Below are positions 1 through 14,830 of a DNA stretch of 64,000 bases, piece after piece (within the stretch, counting starts at the first letter, position 1; every line of letters starts with the position of its first letter). Both the position numbers and the translations under genes were made by a program. Origin of the DNA: an uncultured Candidatus Rokubacteria bacterium (GTDB taxonomy: Bacteria; Methylomirabilota; Methylomirabilia; Rokubacteriales; DASRDR01); the NCBI GenBank assembly GCA_963708025.1, contig CAVPSB010000013.1:1-64000 (forward strand). The letters run 5' to 3'. The notes below the pieces were generated by a model. That model made no database searches. It was not told the DNA's origin and was given only the letters and a program-made list of their open reading frames with translations.

Positions 1-2
1 TT

Positions 3-3731
<3,729 letters not shown>

Positions 3732-3757
3732 CACGGCTCGAAGGGCGCTAACTTGCG

Positions 3758-3792
3758 AGGGGGTCCGGCCCAGCGCCGGGCCCCCTTTCTTC
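3758..3792 (+). terminator. Probable intrinsic terminator after nifJ
   Basis: AGGGGGTCCGGC-ccagc-GCCGGGCCCCCT hairpin followed by TTCTT. Confidence 0.6.
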
Positions 3793-3907
3793 GTCTAGCC
3801 CAAGGGGACAGGATCGTGGTCGCCCGGCGGAGGGGCGCTCGGGATCGCTGACCACTTGATCCGCAGCTGGCGACGCGCGAGATTCCCCACCCCACGGAGG
3901 CTTCCCC

Positions 3908-5922
3908 TTGGCCATAGCGAGCAGCGAGCTGACCGAGAAGTGCGTCAACACCATCCGCATGCTGGCGCGCCGACGCCGTCCAGGCCGCCAACAGCGGTCA
4001 CCCGGGCTTGCCGATGGGCGCCGCGGACATGGCCTTCGTGCTCTGGACGCGCCACCTGCGCTTCGATCCGGGCGAGCCGCGCTGGCTCGGCCGCGACCGC
4101 TTCGTGCTCTCCGCGGGCCACGGGTCGATGCTCCTCTACGCGCTGCTCCACCTCGCAGGGTTCGACCTCGGCCTCGACGACCTGCGCCGGTTCCGCCAGC
4201 TCCACTCCCGCACACCCGGGCACCCGGAGTTCGGCTGCGCGCCGGGGGTGGAGGTGACGAGCGGCCCGCTCGGCCAGGGGTTCGCGAACGGCGTGGGGAT
4301 GGCGCTCGGCCACGCCATGCTCGCGGCCAGGCTCGGCCCCGGCAATCCGCTCGAGGACGCGTTCGTCTACGCGATCTGCAGCGACGGCGATCTCATGGAG
4401 GGCATCTCCGCCGAGGCGGCGAGCTTCGCCGGCCACCAGCGCCTCGGGCGCCTCGTCTACCTCTACGACGACAACGGGATCAGCATCGACGGGAAGACGG
4501 AGATCACCTTCTCCGAGGACGTGACCGGGCGCTTCGAGGCCGTACGGCTGGCACGTGCAGTCGGTGGACGGCGCGACCACGAGGGCATCTCGCGCGCGCT
4601 CGACGCCGCGAGGAAAGACCCGCGGCCGAGCCTCGATCCGCGTGCGCACGACGATCGGGTTCGGCGCGCCCCGGAAGGCCGGCACCTCCGGGGTCCACGG
4701 CGCGCCGCTCGGCGAGGAGGAGCTCGCCGCGACGAAGAAGAACCTCGGCTGGCCGCTCGAGCCGCGCGTTCCTCGTGCCCGACGAGGTGCGCGCCTTCTG
4801 GACGCGAGTGCAGGCCGAGAAGCGCGCGCGCAGCGCGAGGCCTGGGACGCAGAGGTGTCGGCGCTGGCGCGCGGCCAATCCAGACCGGCGGCGCTCCTCG
4901 ACGCGCACGTCGAGCGCGCGTGCCCGCCGACCTCGGCGCGCAGGCTGCTGGACGGCGCCGACGCGGCCGACGCCACGCGCAAGCTCTCGGCGGCGGTCAT
5001 CCAGAAGGCGGCGGCGCTGGTGCCGGCGCTCGTGGGCGGCTCGGCCGACCTCGCCGAGTCGAACAACACCGACATCAAGGGCGGCGGCTCGGTCGCCGCC
5101 CGGGCAGCTACGCGCGGGCGCAACATCCACTACGGCATCCGCGAGCACGCGATGGGGGCCATCGGAAACGGCCTCGCCTACGACGGACTGTTCATCCCCT
5201 TCTCGGGCACGTTCCTCATCTTCTCCGACTACATGCGCCCGCCGGTGCGGCTGGCGGCCCTCTCGGGCCTGCAGCGCATCTTCGTCTGGACCCACGACTC
5301 AATCTTCCTCGGCGAGGATGGACCGACTCACCAGCCCATCGAGCACCTCACCGCGCTGCGCGCCATCCCCGGGCTGCACGTGGCGAGGCCGGCAGACAGC
5401 CTGGAGGTCGCCGCGGCGTGGACCCACGCGCTCCAGCGCCGCCAGGGCCCCACGGCGCTCGTGCTCACGCGCCAGAAGCTGCCCCGCATCGCGAGGATGC
5501 CGTCGTTCTCGCCAGACGACCTCGCGAGGGGCGGCTACGTGGTCGAGGACCCTCCCGGCGCCAAGGTGACCGTGATCGCCACCGGCTCGGAGGTGCACCT
5601 CGCCCAGGCGGCGCTGGCGCTCCTCGCCCAGCGGGGCGTGCCGGCGCGCCTCGTCTCCATGCCCTGCCTCGCCTGCTTCGAGGCGCAGCCCCAGGAGTAC
5701 CGTGAGTCCGTGCTGCCGCCCGACCACCGCATCGCCGCGGTGGAGGCGGCGCGAGGTCTCGAGTGGTGGAGGTGGGTGGGGAGGGATGGCCTCGTCGTCG
5801 GCATCGACCGCTTCGGAGCGAGCGCGCCCGAGAAGGCCCTGGCGGAGGAGTATGGCTTCACGCCCGCGAAGGTGGCGGAGGGAATCGCGAGGTGGCTGGG
5901 GAACACACTCCGCCCCCGGTGA
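3908..5922 (+). CDS. tkt: Transketolase, frameshifted
   Basis: RDRFVLSAGHGSMLLY, SGPLGQG, SDGDLMEG, GIREHAM, THDSIFLGEDGPTHQP, GIDRFGASAP. Confidence 0.95.
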
Positions 5923-5992
5923 TGGGTCGAGGAGCGGGCAGGCGCCTCCCTCGTTGATCCGGGCTCGACTGCGCGCATAGATTGGACGTGCG

Positions 5993-6546
5993 ATGAGCGG
6001 CCCCGAAGACCTCGCGCCCGAGGAGCGCCCGCCCGGGCGCCCGAGTCCCCTCGCGCCGCGGCGCAGGTCCCTCCTCTTCCGCCTCGCTCTGTGGGGCGCG
6101 TTCGGCCTCCTCTGCCTGGCGCTCGCCGGCGCCGCCGCCGCCGTCGTGGCCTACCGCCACTTCGCGCGCGGGCTCCCCGATGTGCCCTCGCTCGAGAAGT
6201 ACCGCCCCCCGATCGTGACGGATGGTCTCCGCGGACGGCCAGCTGGCGGGGGAGCTCTACGATCGAACGCCGCAAGGTGGTCCCGTACGAGCGCATCCCC
6301 AGGAAGCTCGTCCAGGCGGTGCTCGCGTCCGAGGACAAGCACTTCTTCGAGCACGGGGGCGTCGACCTGATGGGCACGTTCCGGGCGGCGTCACACCTAC
6401 GTCCTGCGCCGGCACGTCCAGGGCGGCTCCACCATCACCCAGCAGACGGCGAAGTCGCTCCTCGTCTCCAGCGGAGGGGTTCGCGCGAGGGCACGCGCCG
6501 CAATCTGCCCCGCAAGATCCGCGAGCTCATCCTGGCGCGGCGGCTC
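5993..6546 (+). pseudogene. N-terminal fragment of a class A penicillin-binding protein (transglycosylase), truncated at an apparent chimeric junction
   Basis: TM anchor, then ASEDKHFFEHGGVD, QGGSTITQQTAK, RKIRELILARRL. Similarity stops abruptly. Confidence 0.8.
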
Positions 6547-6547
6547 G

Positions 6548-7440
6548 ATCGCGCTCGGCATCCTGGCCGGCGACCAGGTCCGCTGCCTGGCCGGCACCTA
6601 CGAGCGCTACCTGGGCCGCGCGGCGTCGCCCGCGCGCGGCAGCTGGCCGCGGCGCTGTTCCCGGCGAGCACCCGGCAGCTTCCTGGAGAACGGGGCCGCC
6701 GCCGAGGACGCCCTCGGGACGATGGAGGCGGCGGCGCGCGCCGGACGGCTCGAGTGGGTGCAGTTCCCCCGCGCCTCGGTCACGCTCCACGCCCCGCTCG
6801 ACGATCCCGAGAAGTTCCTCTGCATCGGGCTCAACTACATCGACCACGCGGAGGAGACGAAGAGCCCGATCCCCAAGGAGCCGCCGCTGTTCGCCAAGTT
6901 CGCGAACGCCATCGTCGACTGGACGGCGCCGATCGTGCGGCCCCGGGGCTGCCAGCAGCTCGACTACGAGGTGGAGCTGGCCTTCGTCGTGGGCCGGACC
7001 GCCAAGGACGTCCCCCAGGACAACGCGCTCGACTACATCTTCGGCTACACGATCGTCCACGACGTGAGCGCGCGCGACTTCCAGCTCGTGACGACCCAGT
7101 GGATGGCGGGCAAGATCTGCGACACGTTCGCGCCGATGGGCCACTGGATCGCCGACCGGTCCGAGGATCCCGACCCGCACGTGCTCGACCTCTCGACCTG
7201 GGTGAACGGCACGCGGCTCCAGCACGGGAACACGAAGAACCTGATCTACAACATCAACGTCCTGGTCGCCTACCTCTCGGCCCACCTCACGCTGATGCCG
7301 GGCGACATCGTGGCCACCGGCACGCCGGCCGGCGTCGGCTTCACGCGGAAGCCACCGGTGCTGCTCAAGGGCGGCGACGTGGTCCGCATGGAGATCACCG
7401 GGCTCGGGCACATCGAGAACCCGGTCGTCGAGGCCGGTAG
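6548..7440 (+). CDS. Fumarylacetoacetate hydrolase family protein; the extreme N-terminus is missing and there are frameshifts
   Basis: KFLCIGLNYIDHAEE, LDYEVELAFVVG, HDVSARDFQ, GDIVATGTPAGVG. Confidence 0.9.
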
Positions 7441-7515
7441 GCCACGGACCCTTCCCGCCCGCGGGGAGAGGCGAACCGCTCTCCTGTCCGGCCTTCGCGG
7501 CAGTCAGGCCACCGT

Positions 7516-7670
7516 GCGGGGCCGAGGACCGGCAGCGCCTCGGCCGAAGACCGTCCGACGGACGCGGGAGTCGCCCCCGCGGCGTACTCCATTACGCCGA
7601 GGGGGCGTCGACCCCAGGGGCCGAAGGCCGCCCGAAGGACGAGCGTGCGACGCTCATCGGCGGGCCCGCA
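7516..7670 (+). repeat. Structured repeat family A, diverged copy
   Basis: GCGGGGCCGAGGA...GGACGCGGG...GGCGTA-ctccat-TACGCCGAGG...GCTCATCGG. Confidence 0.55.
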
Positions 7671-8864
7671 GCCGCCGGGGGTCTGGTCCGCTGCCGCTCG
7701 CGAGCCCCCGCAGCAGCCGCTCGGCCTGCTCGAGGCTTCGCCGCGTGTTGGCGTGCTGCGGGTCCAGCTCGAGCACCAGGCGCCACTCGGCAATGGCCTC
7801 CTCGATGCGTTCTTCCCGGTAGAGCCGCAGGCCCTCACTGTAGTGCTGCTGGACCAGGCGGTCGCGCACCTGGCGGAGCAGCGTCGGGGCATCCTGGTAG
7901 GCCGGCGCCAGCCGGGTGAGCTGGCTCAGCGTCTCGTACGAGTCCATGTACATCCGCTGTGCGAGCTGGGACTTGCCGAGCCCGTAGAGAATCGCCTTCT
8001 TGAGATCGAGCGCCTCGGGCTGCGGGGCGCTCCCGCCCAGGACCCGGTCGACGTCGGCTAGGGCCGCCAGATAGTCGCCCCGATCCAGAGCCTCGCGGGC
8101 CTCGATGATGAACGGGCTCAGCTCGGGGCTCTCGACGGGCGCCGGGCGCCGGACCTCCGGCGCTCGGAACGGCGACCCGGGGATCTCGGGAACCTTGACC
8201 GTCGGCCGACGACCAGGCGCGCGTTGGCCGGGAGGTGGTTGGTCTCGGCGATCACCTCGGCCCGCGCGCCGGTCGCCGTAGTACTGCTGGGCGATCGACG
8301 CCAGGGTCTCGCCCCGGCGCACCGTGTGGTTGACGACGTCCATCTCGCGGCACCTCGGTGCGCAGCGCCTCGAACGCGCGCCGCGTTCGTGGGATCGAGG
8401 GCGAGGGCGGCGAGGAAGTGGCGGCGCGCTTCGAGGTGGGCCCCGCGGGCGAGCGCCGCGCGGCCCTCCTCGCAGGCGCTGGGCGACCTCCCGCTCGATC
8501 TGCGTCTCGAGGCGCCGCTTGCTCCTGGCGCGCTTCCGGTCTTCGGGGCGATGGTGAGCGCGATCTTCCACTCGTCGAGCGCCCGGCGGAGGTTGCCCTC
8601 GCGCTCGAGCACCGCCGGCCGTCGCGCGATGCGCGGCCGGCCAGCGCAGGCGACCAGGGCCGGGCGGGACGGCGGCGCCTCGACGCGCGGGGTGGACCGC
8701 CGGGGCGGCGCCGCCGCCGGCACCGCGCGGCCGGGATCGCGGCGGCGCGGCCACCAGTGACGGCGGGGCCGAGCGCGGGCCCGCCCGCGCACCCAGGCCG
8801 GCAGCTCAGGGTCAGCCCGACCAGCGCGAGCGGAGCGCGCTGCGCGATGCGCCTCACCGGCCAC
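7654..8864 (-). CDS. LysM + TPR domain protein, probable lipoprotein, frameshifted
   Basis: HTVRRGETLASIAQQYYGD LysM motif; C-terminal TPR-like helices (EEAIAEWRLVLELDPQH). Confidence 0.75.
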
Positions 8865-8902
8865 CCTTCCGGCACCGGCGGCTCGGACCTCGGCCCGTCA
8901 CT

Positions 8903-9949
8903 TCAGCGTGCTCCGGGCTGAACGACGTTCAGATTGCGCGCGAACTCCTCGAGTGCTCATGTCGCCGTAGATCTGGCTCCGGTGGCGCGCGCACGGGTCG
9001 ACGAACGCCGGGTTGCCTCCCGCCGCACGGTGAACGCGCCGCCGTAGCCGTACTCTCGCACCTTCTGGAGGAGGTCCTCGTCGTAGTAGCCATAGGGATA
9101 GGCGAGGAGGTCGGGCCGCGCGACCGAGGTGACGCTCGAAGAGCGTCGCGGCTCGCCCAGCTCGGCCTGCATCCGCCGGCGTAGTCGGCGTCCGACTCGT
9201 CGCGCCGGCGGCGCAGGTCGCCGTGCGTCTTGGAGTGGCGCCTGGACGTCGAAGCCCTCGCGGGCGAGCAACGCGCAGGTCCGTCCAGCTGAGCGCGTTC
9301 CGGCCGGCCCCGATGTAGTCGGTGTAGACGAAGAGGGTGGCGGGAAGCCGAGCTCCCTCAGCACCGGGTAGGCGTACTCGCGAGGAACGACCGGTAACCG
9401 TCGTCGAAGGTCAGGACCACCGCGTTGCGCGGGAGCTGGCGCCGGCCCGCGACGAACTCGTGCAGCTCCGGAGGCTCACCACCCGGTAGCCGCGCGCCTT
9501 GAGGTAGCGCATCTGCTGCTCGAAGGTGCGGGCGGCGATGACGAGACGACCCTTCGTGCTCTGGGCCGATGTTGTGGTAGACGAGCACCGGGACGAGCTG
9601 ATAGCCCTGCGGATCGACCCCGGCCGGGTTCCAGGCCTGCTTGGGGATCACGACCTCCTGCCCCGGCGTGAGGCGCTTGCGTGCCGTTGTAGTCCTCGAT
9701 CATCCACGCCTTGCCGGCATCTCCGAGGAACCGGGCGGCCAGGCCCTCCGGGTGTCGCCGGGCCGGGCGAAGGCGACGACGAACTCGTCCGACTCGAAGA
9801 CCGTCGGGGTCGGGGTCGGGCTGGCGATGACCGGCGCCGGGCTGGCGATGACGGGCGCCGGCGGCGGCTTCGCGATGAGGCTGCAGCCGGGCAGCGCGAG
9901 CGAGCGCGCCGGCGAGACCGAGACAGGCGAGACGGACGCGGACCTTCAT
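8903..9949 (-). CDS. Polysaccharide deacetylase (NodB-like) with an N-terminal LysM-like region, frameshifted; 3' end approximate
   Basis: VPVLVYHNIG, VVLTFDDGYRSF, LAYPYGYY in successive frames; signal-peptide-like start. Confidence 0.8.
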
Positions 9950-9956
9950 GGGGACA

Positions 9957-11372
9957 CTACACGACGGGGGAGAGGCTCAGGACCTCGTAGACCTCCACCG
10001 GGTCCGCCTTCCCCCTGACGCTGAGGCTTCCCAGCGACCGCGCCTGGACGAACCCCTGCACCTTCTCGTAGGTCCACCGGTTCATGAGGATCTGCCCGGC
10101 CTTCGCCTCCGCCTCCAGCCGCGCCGCCAGGTTCACGCTGTCGCCGACGACGGTGTACTCCATCCGGTCCTCGGTCCCCACCGTGCCGGCCACCGCCTCG
10201 CCGGCGCTGAGCCCGATGCCGACGTCGACGGGTGACTGGCCCTCCGTCACGCGGCGCCGGCTCAGCTCCGCCATCCCGGCCCGCATGGCGAGGGCCGTGC
10301 GGACCGCCTGGCCCGCGTGATCGGCGTGGGCGATCGGCGCCCCGAAGATCGCCATGACTCCGTCGCCCAGGAACTTGTCGGGGTTGCCGCCGTGCTTGAA
10401 GGTGGTGTCGATCATCAGCGTGTAGAACTGGTTCAGCAGGCGGACCACCTCTTCCGGCGCCAGTCGCTCGGCCAGCGTGGTGAACCCCCGCATGTCGCAG
10501 AAGAGCACGGTCACGTCGCGGCGCTCGCCCTTGAGCACGAGATGCTCGGGGTCCTTCAGGATCTCGTCGGCGACCTCGCGGGCCACGTAGCCCCGGAAGG
10601 CCCGCTTGATCATCTCCTTCTCGTGGAGGCTCAGGGCCATCTGGTTGAACGACTCCGTGAGCACGCCCAGCTCGTCGCCGGACGGCACCGCCAGGGACAC
10701 CTGATAGTTCCCCGCCGCGATCGCGCGGGTGGCCGCCACCAGGCGGAGGAGGGGGCGGGAGAGCACGGTGGCGAGCCCGACGGCGCCGGCGATCCCGATG
10801 GCGACCATGACCGCGCTGATCAGCAGCGCCTGGTTTCGGGCGCGGGCCAGCGCCGCCTCGATCGAGTGCTCGCTGAAGCCCAGGTAGAGGGCCCCCACCC
10901 GGACCTTGCTGAAGACCAGCGGCACCGCGAACTCGATGAGGCGGCCCTGTCGGGGATCCGTGTATCGCTGGACGAGCAGCTGATCGCCCAGGGGCGCCAG
11001 GCTCGCCGGTCGCTCCAGGGGTCGTCCGACGAGGCTCAGGTCCTGGTGGCCGACGATGCGCCCGTCTTGGTCCGTCATGATGAGGTAGGCCACGTCGGGG
11101 TCCTTCATCGCGTCCTTGACCAGGAGACTCAGGCTGGGCTCGTCGCTGGTCAGGATCGAGTTCTTGGCGCTCGCCGCCAGGTTGGTGGCGATGGCGAGGC
11201 CGCGCTTGGTCATCTCGGCCGTCAGGTTCCGCTGCTCCTGGCGGAGCAGGAACGCGGTCACCAGCAGCACGGTGACCACCAGCAGCCCGGTGATGACCAG
11301 GCTCAGCTTGACCTTCAGGGAGAGGCGGACGCGGGTCTCGCCAACTTCGCGGCCTGGCTGGGCGTCCGGCAT
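9957..11372 (-). CDS. Membrane class III adenylate/guanylate cyclase with a HAMP domain
   Basis: Two TM segments, HAMP (DELGVLTESFNQM), TVLFCDMRGFT, DKFLGDGVMA, EYTVVGDSVNLAARL. Confidence 0.92.
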   Translation of the reverse strand: MPDAQPGREVGETRVRLSLKVKLSLVITGLLVVTVLLVTAFLLRQEQRNLTAEMTKRGLAIATNLAASAKNSILTSDEPSLSLLVKDAMKDPDVAYLIMTDQDGRIVGHQDLSLVGRPLERPASLAPLGDQLLVQRYTDPRQGRLIEFAVPLVFSKVRVGALYLGFSEHSIEAALARARNQALLISAVMVAIGIAGAVGLATVLSRPLLRLVAATRAIAAGNYQVSLAVPSGDELGVLTESFNQMALSLHEKEMIKRAFRGYVAREVADEILKDPEHLVLKGERRDVTVLFCDMRGFTTLAERLAPEEVVRLLNQFYTLMIDTTFKHGGNPDKFLGDGVMAIFGAPIAHADHAGQAVRTALAMRAGMAELSRRRVTEGQSPVDVGIGLSAGEAVAGTVGTEDRMEYTVVGDSVNLAARLEAEAKAGQILMNRWTYEKVQGFVQARSLGSLSVRGKADPVEVYEVLSLSPVV

Positions 11373-11474
11373 GCCTCCCCTCTCATCTCTGGCCGGCCAC
11401 GCCAACCCTGCTGACGCGGGCCACCGGCGGGTCGGACAGCCCTCTCACCGTACCACGGAGCGCGCCCCTGGCCG

Positions 11475-12218
11475 TCAAGGCTTCCCGGCCCGCTGGACGC
11501 GCGCCACCGCGGGCGCGCGACGCCACCGGCAGGGCTCGGCCCAGCACCGGCGACACTGCCGGAAGTAGTGGTCCACGCGGGCGGCCCGGCCGATCCCGAC
11601 CAGCAGACCGATGCTCTTCGCCGGGACGAGAAACCCGTCCGTCCGGTACCCGACGCCGATCGTGGCGGCGGCGACCAGCTCGAAAAGCGTCGCCTGTCCA
11701 TCCAGCGCCCAGCCGACCAGGCCCGGGCTGATCCGGTTCGTCACCCGCAACCCCGCCGCCACGCCGAGCTCGCAGAGATGATCGTTGAACCACTCCGCCA
11801 GGCACTCCACCGCGGCCGACCCCGCGGTGTCGAGAAGACTGGCCCCGATCTCGTCGCCGGCGTCACGCCGAGCCTCGACCCGCCGCTCGACGGCGAGGCC
11901 GATCGTCACGACGGCCGCGGTGACGGCCTCGACCAGACCCCAGTGGCGTCCGATGTGCGGGATGGCGAGCCGCACGCCGCCCTCGAGCCCGAGGTGGCCG
12001 GGCGCGGCGTCCGTCACCACGACGGTCCGGTAGGCGACCCGCGGCGTGACCAGGCCGGCGACCTCGGCGCGCGCGGTCTCGAGGCGCGCGGTCAGCTCGT
12101 CCGGAGGGAGGCGCAGCAGGGGCTTGTTGCCCTGGAACGCGCGCACCTCTGCGGGGTCGATCTCGAGGGGCACGTCGCTCAGGACGACAGGATCGGGGCC
12201 GCCGAGCGGGTTCGCCAC
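11475..12218 (-). CDS. Stand-alone B12-dependent methionine synthase activation-like domain
   Basis: VVTIG...LLDTAGSAAVECLAE...RISPG...PAKS; C-terminal CRRCWAEPC. Confidence 0.8.
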   Translation of the reverse strand: MANPLGGPDPVVLSDVPLEIDPAEVRAFQGNKPLLRLPPDELTARLETARAEVAGLVTPRVAYRTVVVTDAAPGHLGLEGGVRLAIPHIGRHWGLVEAVTAAVVTIGLAVERRVEARRDAGDEIGASLLDTAGSAAVECLAEWFNDHLCELGVAAGLRVTNRISPGLVGWALDGQATLFELVAAATIGVGYRTDGFLVPAKSIGLLVGIGRAARVDHYFRQCRRCWAEPCRWRRAPAVARVQRAGKP

Positions 12219-12274
12219 TCCTTCACGATACCCGATGCCGTCGCCCGGGTCCCCCCGGATGCTACACTCACCAC

Positions 12275-12460
12275 ATGTCCGGGAGCCCGCCCCTCGAGCC
12301 GGACCCGGTCGTGGAGGCTTACAAGAAGGACGTCAACCGGACCCTGATCCGGGAGAACCTGCGGTGCTCCGTCGAGGAGCGGTTTCTCCGGCTCATGGCG
12401 CTCCAGCGCTTCGCCGAGGAGCTGCGCCGGGCCGGCCGAGAGGCCGAGCGCTCGGGATGA
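12275..12460 (+). CDS. Small hypothetical protein, translationally coupled to the nucleotidyltransferase
   Basis: 61 aa (DVNRTLIRENLRCSVEERF); ATGA overlap with the next gene. Confidence 0.65.
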   Translation: MSGSPPLEPDPVVEAYKKDVNRTLIRENLRCSVEERFLRLMALQRFAEELRRAGREAERSG

Positions 12461-12945
12461 CCGACTTCGCCGGCCTGCTCCGTTGCCTTTCCGAGGCCGG
12501 CGTCGAGTACATCCTGGTGGGCGGCGCCGCCGCGACCGCCCACGGCTCGGCCCGGCTGACGCAGGACGTCAACGTCGTCTACCGTCGCTCGCCGGAGAAC
12601 CTGCGCCGGCTGGTGTCCGCGCTGGCCCCGCACGCGCCGTATCTCCGTGGAGCCCCGCCCGGCCTGCCCTTCCGGTGGGATGCCGCCACGCTGCAGCGCG
12701 GGCTCAACTTCACCCTGACGACCGGCCTGGGGGCCATCGATCTCCTGGGCGAGATCACGGGCGGCGGGCGGTACGAGGACCTCGTCGCCGAATGCATCAC
12801 GCTCGAGGTCTTCGGGATCGCCTGCCAGTGTCTCGGCCTCGAGCGCCTGATCCGGGTCAAGCGCGCCGCCGGCCGCCCGAAAGACCTGGAGGCCGTCGCC
12901 GAGCTGGAAGCCATCCTCGAGGAGCGGCAGCACGGCGAGCCCTGA
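12457..12945 (+). CDS. Nucleotidyltransferase-fold protein
   Basis: YILVGGAAATAHGSARLTQDVNVV and KRAAGRPKDL motifs. Confidence 0.8.
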   Translation: MTDFAGLLRCLSEAGVEYILVGGAAATAHGSARLTQDVNVVYRRSPENLRRLVSALAPHAPYLRGAPPGLPFRWDAATLQRGLNFTLTTGLGAIDLLGEITGGGRYEDLVAECITLEVFGIACQCLGLERLIRVKRAAGRPKDLEAVAELEAILEERQHGEP

Positions 12946-12974
12946 GCCCTCGAGGGCCGCCGAAGGGCTCGCGT

Positions 12975-13718
12975 CTATCTGCGCCTTCGTCCCTTCTTGG
13001 GTTGACTCCGCCCGAGAGGATGCCACTCGTACTCCGGCTTCATCCGGCGGTCTCTGAGGCGGTAGTACACCTCGGTACCCTCTGGATCGAACTTCGATTG
13101 GAGGGTGTTCCACACATTGAGAGTCCGCTCGGGATACAAGCGGGCCATCGTTCCATCGGCGTTCAGATACGGCGGCTCCTCCAGGTCCTTCAGCTGGCGC
13201 CTTACCCGACGCTCGGCCTGCCGCTCGGTGAATGCCTCGACGACAACCACGCGATCCTCGTACATCTGGAGCCCTCGCGTCTGGCCCTCGACCTGGAAGA
13301 CGAGCCGCACCTCGACGGCAAACAGTCGCTTCTCCCGCGGCCTCCGCTTCTTCCGAATCCCCGGGATGCTCTCGATCCGGACGTACTGCACATCCGGCAG
13401 GCTCAGGACCTTCGGAAGGTCCCGGGCGGCGACCGTCGATCTCACCCACCGAGGAGCACGTGGGTCCCCGATCGGCTCGACGCGATCGGACGGCCAGCGC
13501 CGGACGAGCCGCTCGAATGCCCGCCGGTACCACTCGTCCAGCTCGCGCTTCCGGCGCGCGGGCGGGTAGCGGATCAGCCGCCGGGACCACCGGGTATCGA
13601 GGTATGAGTGCAACGTCAGCTCGGCGACCAGCACGACGGGGCGCCGTCCCCGCGCGACGAGCTGGCGAAGGGTCAGGCCGAAGTCGGCGAGGCTGAGCAG
13701 GTAAACGCGCCCGGGCAT
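12975..13718 (-). CDS. Hypothetical protein, possibly with a DUF4288-like C-terminal domain
   Basis: 247-aa ORF; YEDRVVVVEA...YLNADG...DPEGTEVYY. Confidence 0.55.
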   Translation of the reverse strand: MPGRVYLLSLADFGLTLRQLVARGRRPVVLVAELTLHSYLDTRWSRRLIRYPPARRKRELDEWYRRAFERLVRRWPSDRVEPIGDPRAPRWVRSTVAARDLPKVLSLPDVQYVRIESIPGIRKKRRPREKRLFAVEVRLVFQVEGQTRGLQMYEDRVVVVEAFTERQAERRVRRQLKDLEEPPYLNADGTMARLYPERTLNVWNTLQSKFDPEGTEVYYRLRDRRMKPEYEWHPLGRSQPKKGRRRR

Positions 13719-13749
13719 CGCGACGCTCTTCGGAGGAGCGGTGCGGAGC

Positions 13750-14670
13750 TCAGCGCCCCTTGCGGGCGCGGACGATCTCGGCGATGAGGCGGATGTGCTC
13801 CGGGCTGGAGCCGCAGCAGGCGCCGACGATGGTGCAGCCGGCGTCGAGGAGGGCCGGGTAGTCGCGGGCCATCTCGGCGGGACCCAGCTCGTAGGTCACC
13901 TGGTCGCCGGTGGTGACCGGGAGGCCGGCGTTCGGGTAGGCGACCAGGGGGGCGCCGGTGACGCCCCGCATCTCGCGGATGATGACGATGGCGCGGTCGG
14001 GACCGCGGCCGCAGTTCATGCCCACGACGTCGGCGCCGGCGGCGAGGAGGTTCTTCGCGACCTCGGCCGGGCTCTCGCCCCACATCGTGCGGTCGCGGTC
14101 GTTGGCCTCCTCGAACTGGAAGAACATCGTCGCCATCACGGGCAGGTCGGCCACCGCCCGGCAGGCGCGGATGGCGGCGGTCGCCTCTTGCGGGAACATC
14201 ATCGTCTCGACCGCGAAGAGGTCCACGCCCCCCTCGGCGAGCGCCTCCGCCTGTTCGCGGAACGTCGCCTCGTACTCGTCGTCGGTCACGCCCTGGTCGA
14301 GGGCGTAGTCGAGGGGCAGGCGGCTGGTGGGGCCGATGGAGCCGGCCACGTAGCCGCCGCCCGGGGCGGCCTCACGGGCCAATCGGGCGCCCTTGACGTT
14401 CAGCTCGCGCGTCCGGTCGCCGATCCGGTACTCGTCGAGCTTCAGCCGGGTACCGCCGAAGGTGTTGGTCTCGACGAAGTCGGAGCCGGCCTCGAAGTAG
14501 CCCCGGTGGATGCCGCGAACGACGTCGGGATGGGTGTCGTTCCACAGCTCCGGGCAGGCGCCGTTGAGCAGGCCGGCGGCGAAGAGCATCGTGCCGTAGC
14601 CGCCGTCGAAGACGAGCAGCTCCCCGCTCCCGACCCGTTCCAGCCACTCCTTGCCGCCGCCGACGCTCAT
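13750..14670 (-). CDS. Homocysteine S-methyltransferase domain protein (MetH N-terminal module)
   Basis: FDGGYGTML, ETNTFG, GMNC, YPNAGLP, GACCG zinc ligands. Confidence 0.92.
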   Translation of the reverse strand: MSVGGGKEWLERVGSGELLVFDGGYGTMLFAAGLLNGACPELWNDTHPDVVRGIHRGYFEAGSDFVETNTFGGTRLKLDEYRIGDRTRELNVKGARLAREAAPGGGYVAGSIGPTSRLPLDYALDQGVTDDEYEATFREQAEALAEGGVDLFAVETMMFPQEATAAIRACRAVADLPVMATMFFQFEEANDRDRTMWGESPAEVAKNLLAAGADVVGMNCGRGPDRAIVIIREMRGVTGAPLVAYPNAGLPVTTGDQVTYELGPAEMARDYPALLDAGCTIVGACCGSSPEHIRLIAEIVRARKGR

Positions 14671-14702
14671 CGCCCTACCCTCGGTACTGGCATGCTGTCG
14701 CT

Positions 14703-14828
14703 GGGCGCGGGCCGAGACCCGAGCCGCGGTAGGACGCAGGGCCGAGCCGGCCGGAAGCGTATGCCGCATACGCTGAGGACCGGCGAGGCCCGAGGACGAC
14801 CCGCGGCGACGGGTATCGGCCCGCGCCC
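14703..14828 (+). repeat. Structured repeat family A
   Basis: Ends GGGCGCGGGCCGA/TCGGCCCGCGCCC; central AGCGTATGC-C-GCATACGCT hairpin. Confidence 0.8.
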
Positions 14829-14830
14829 GC

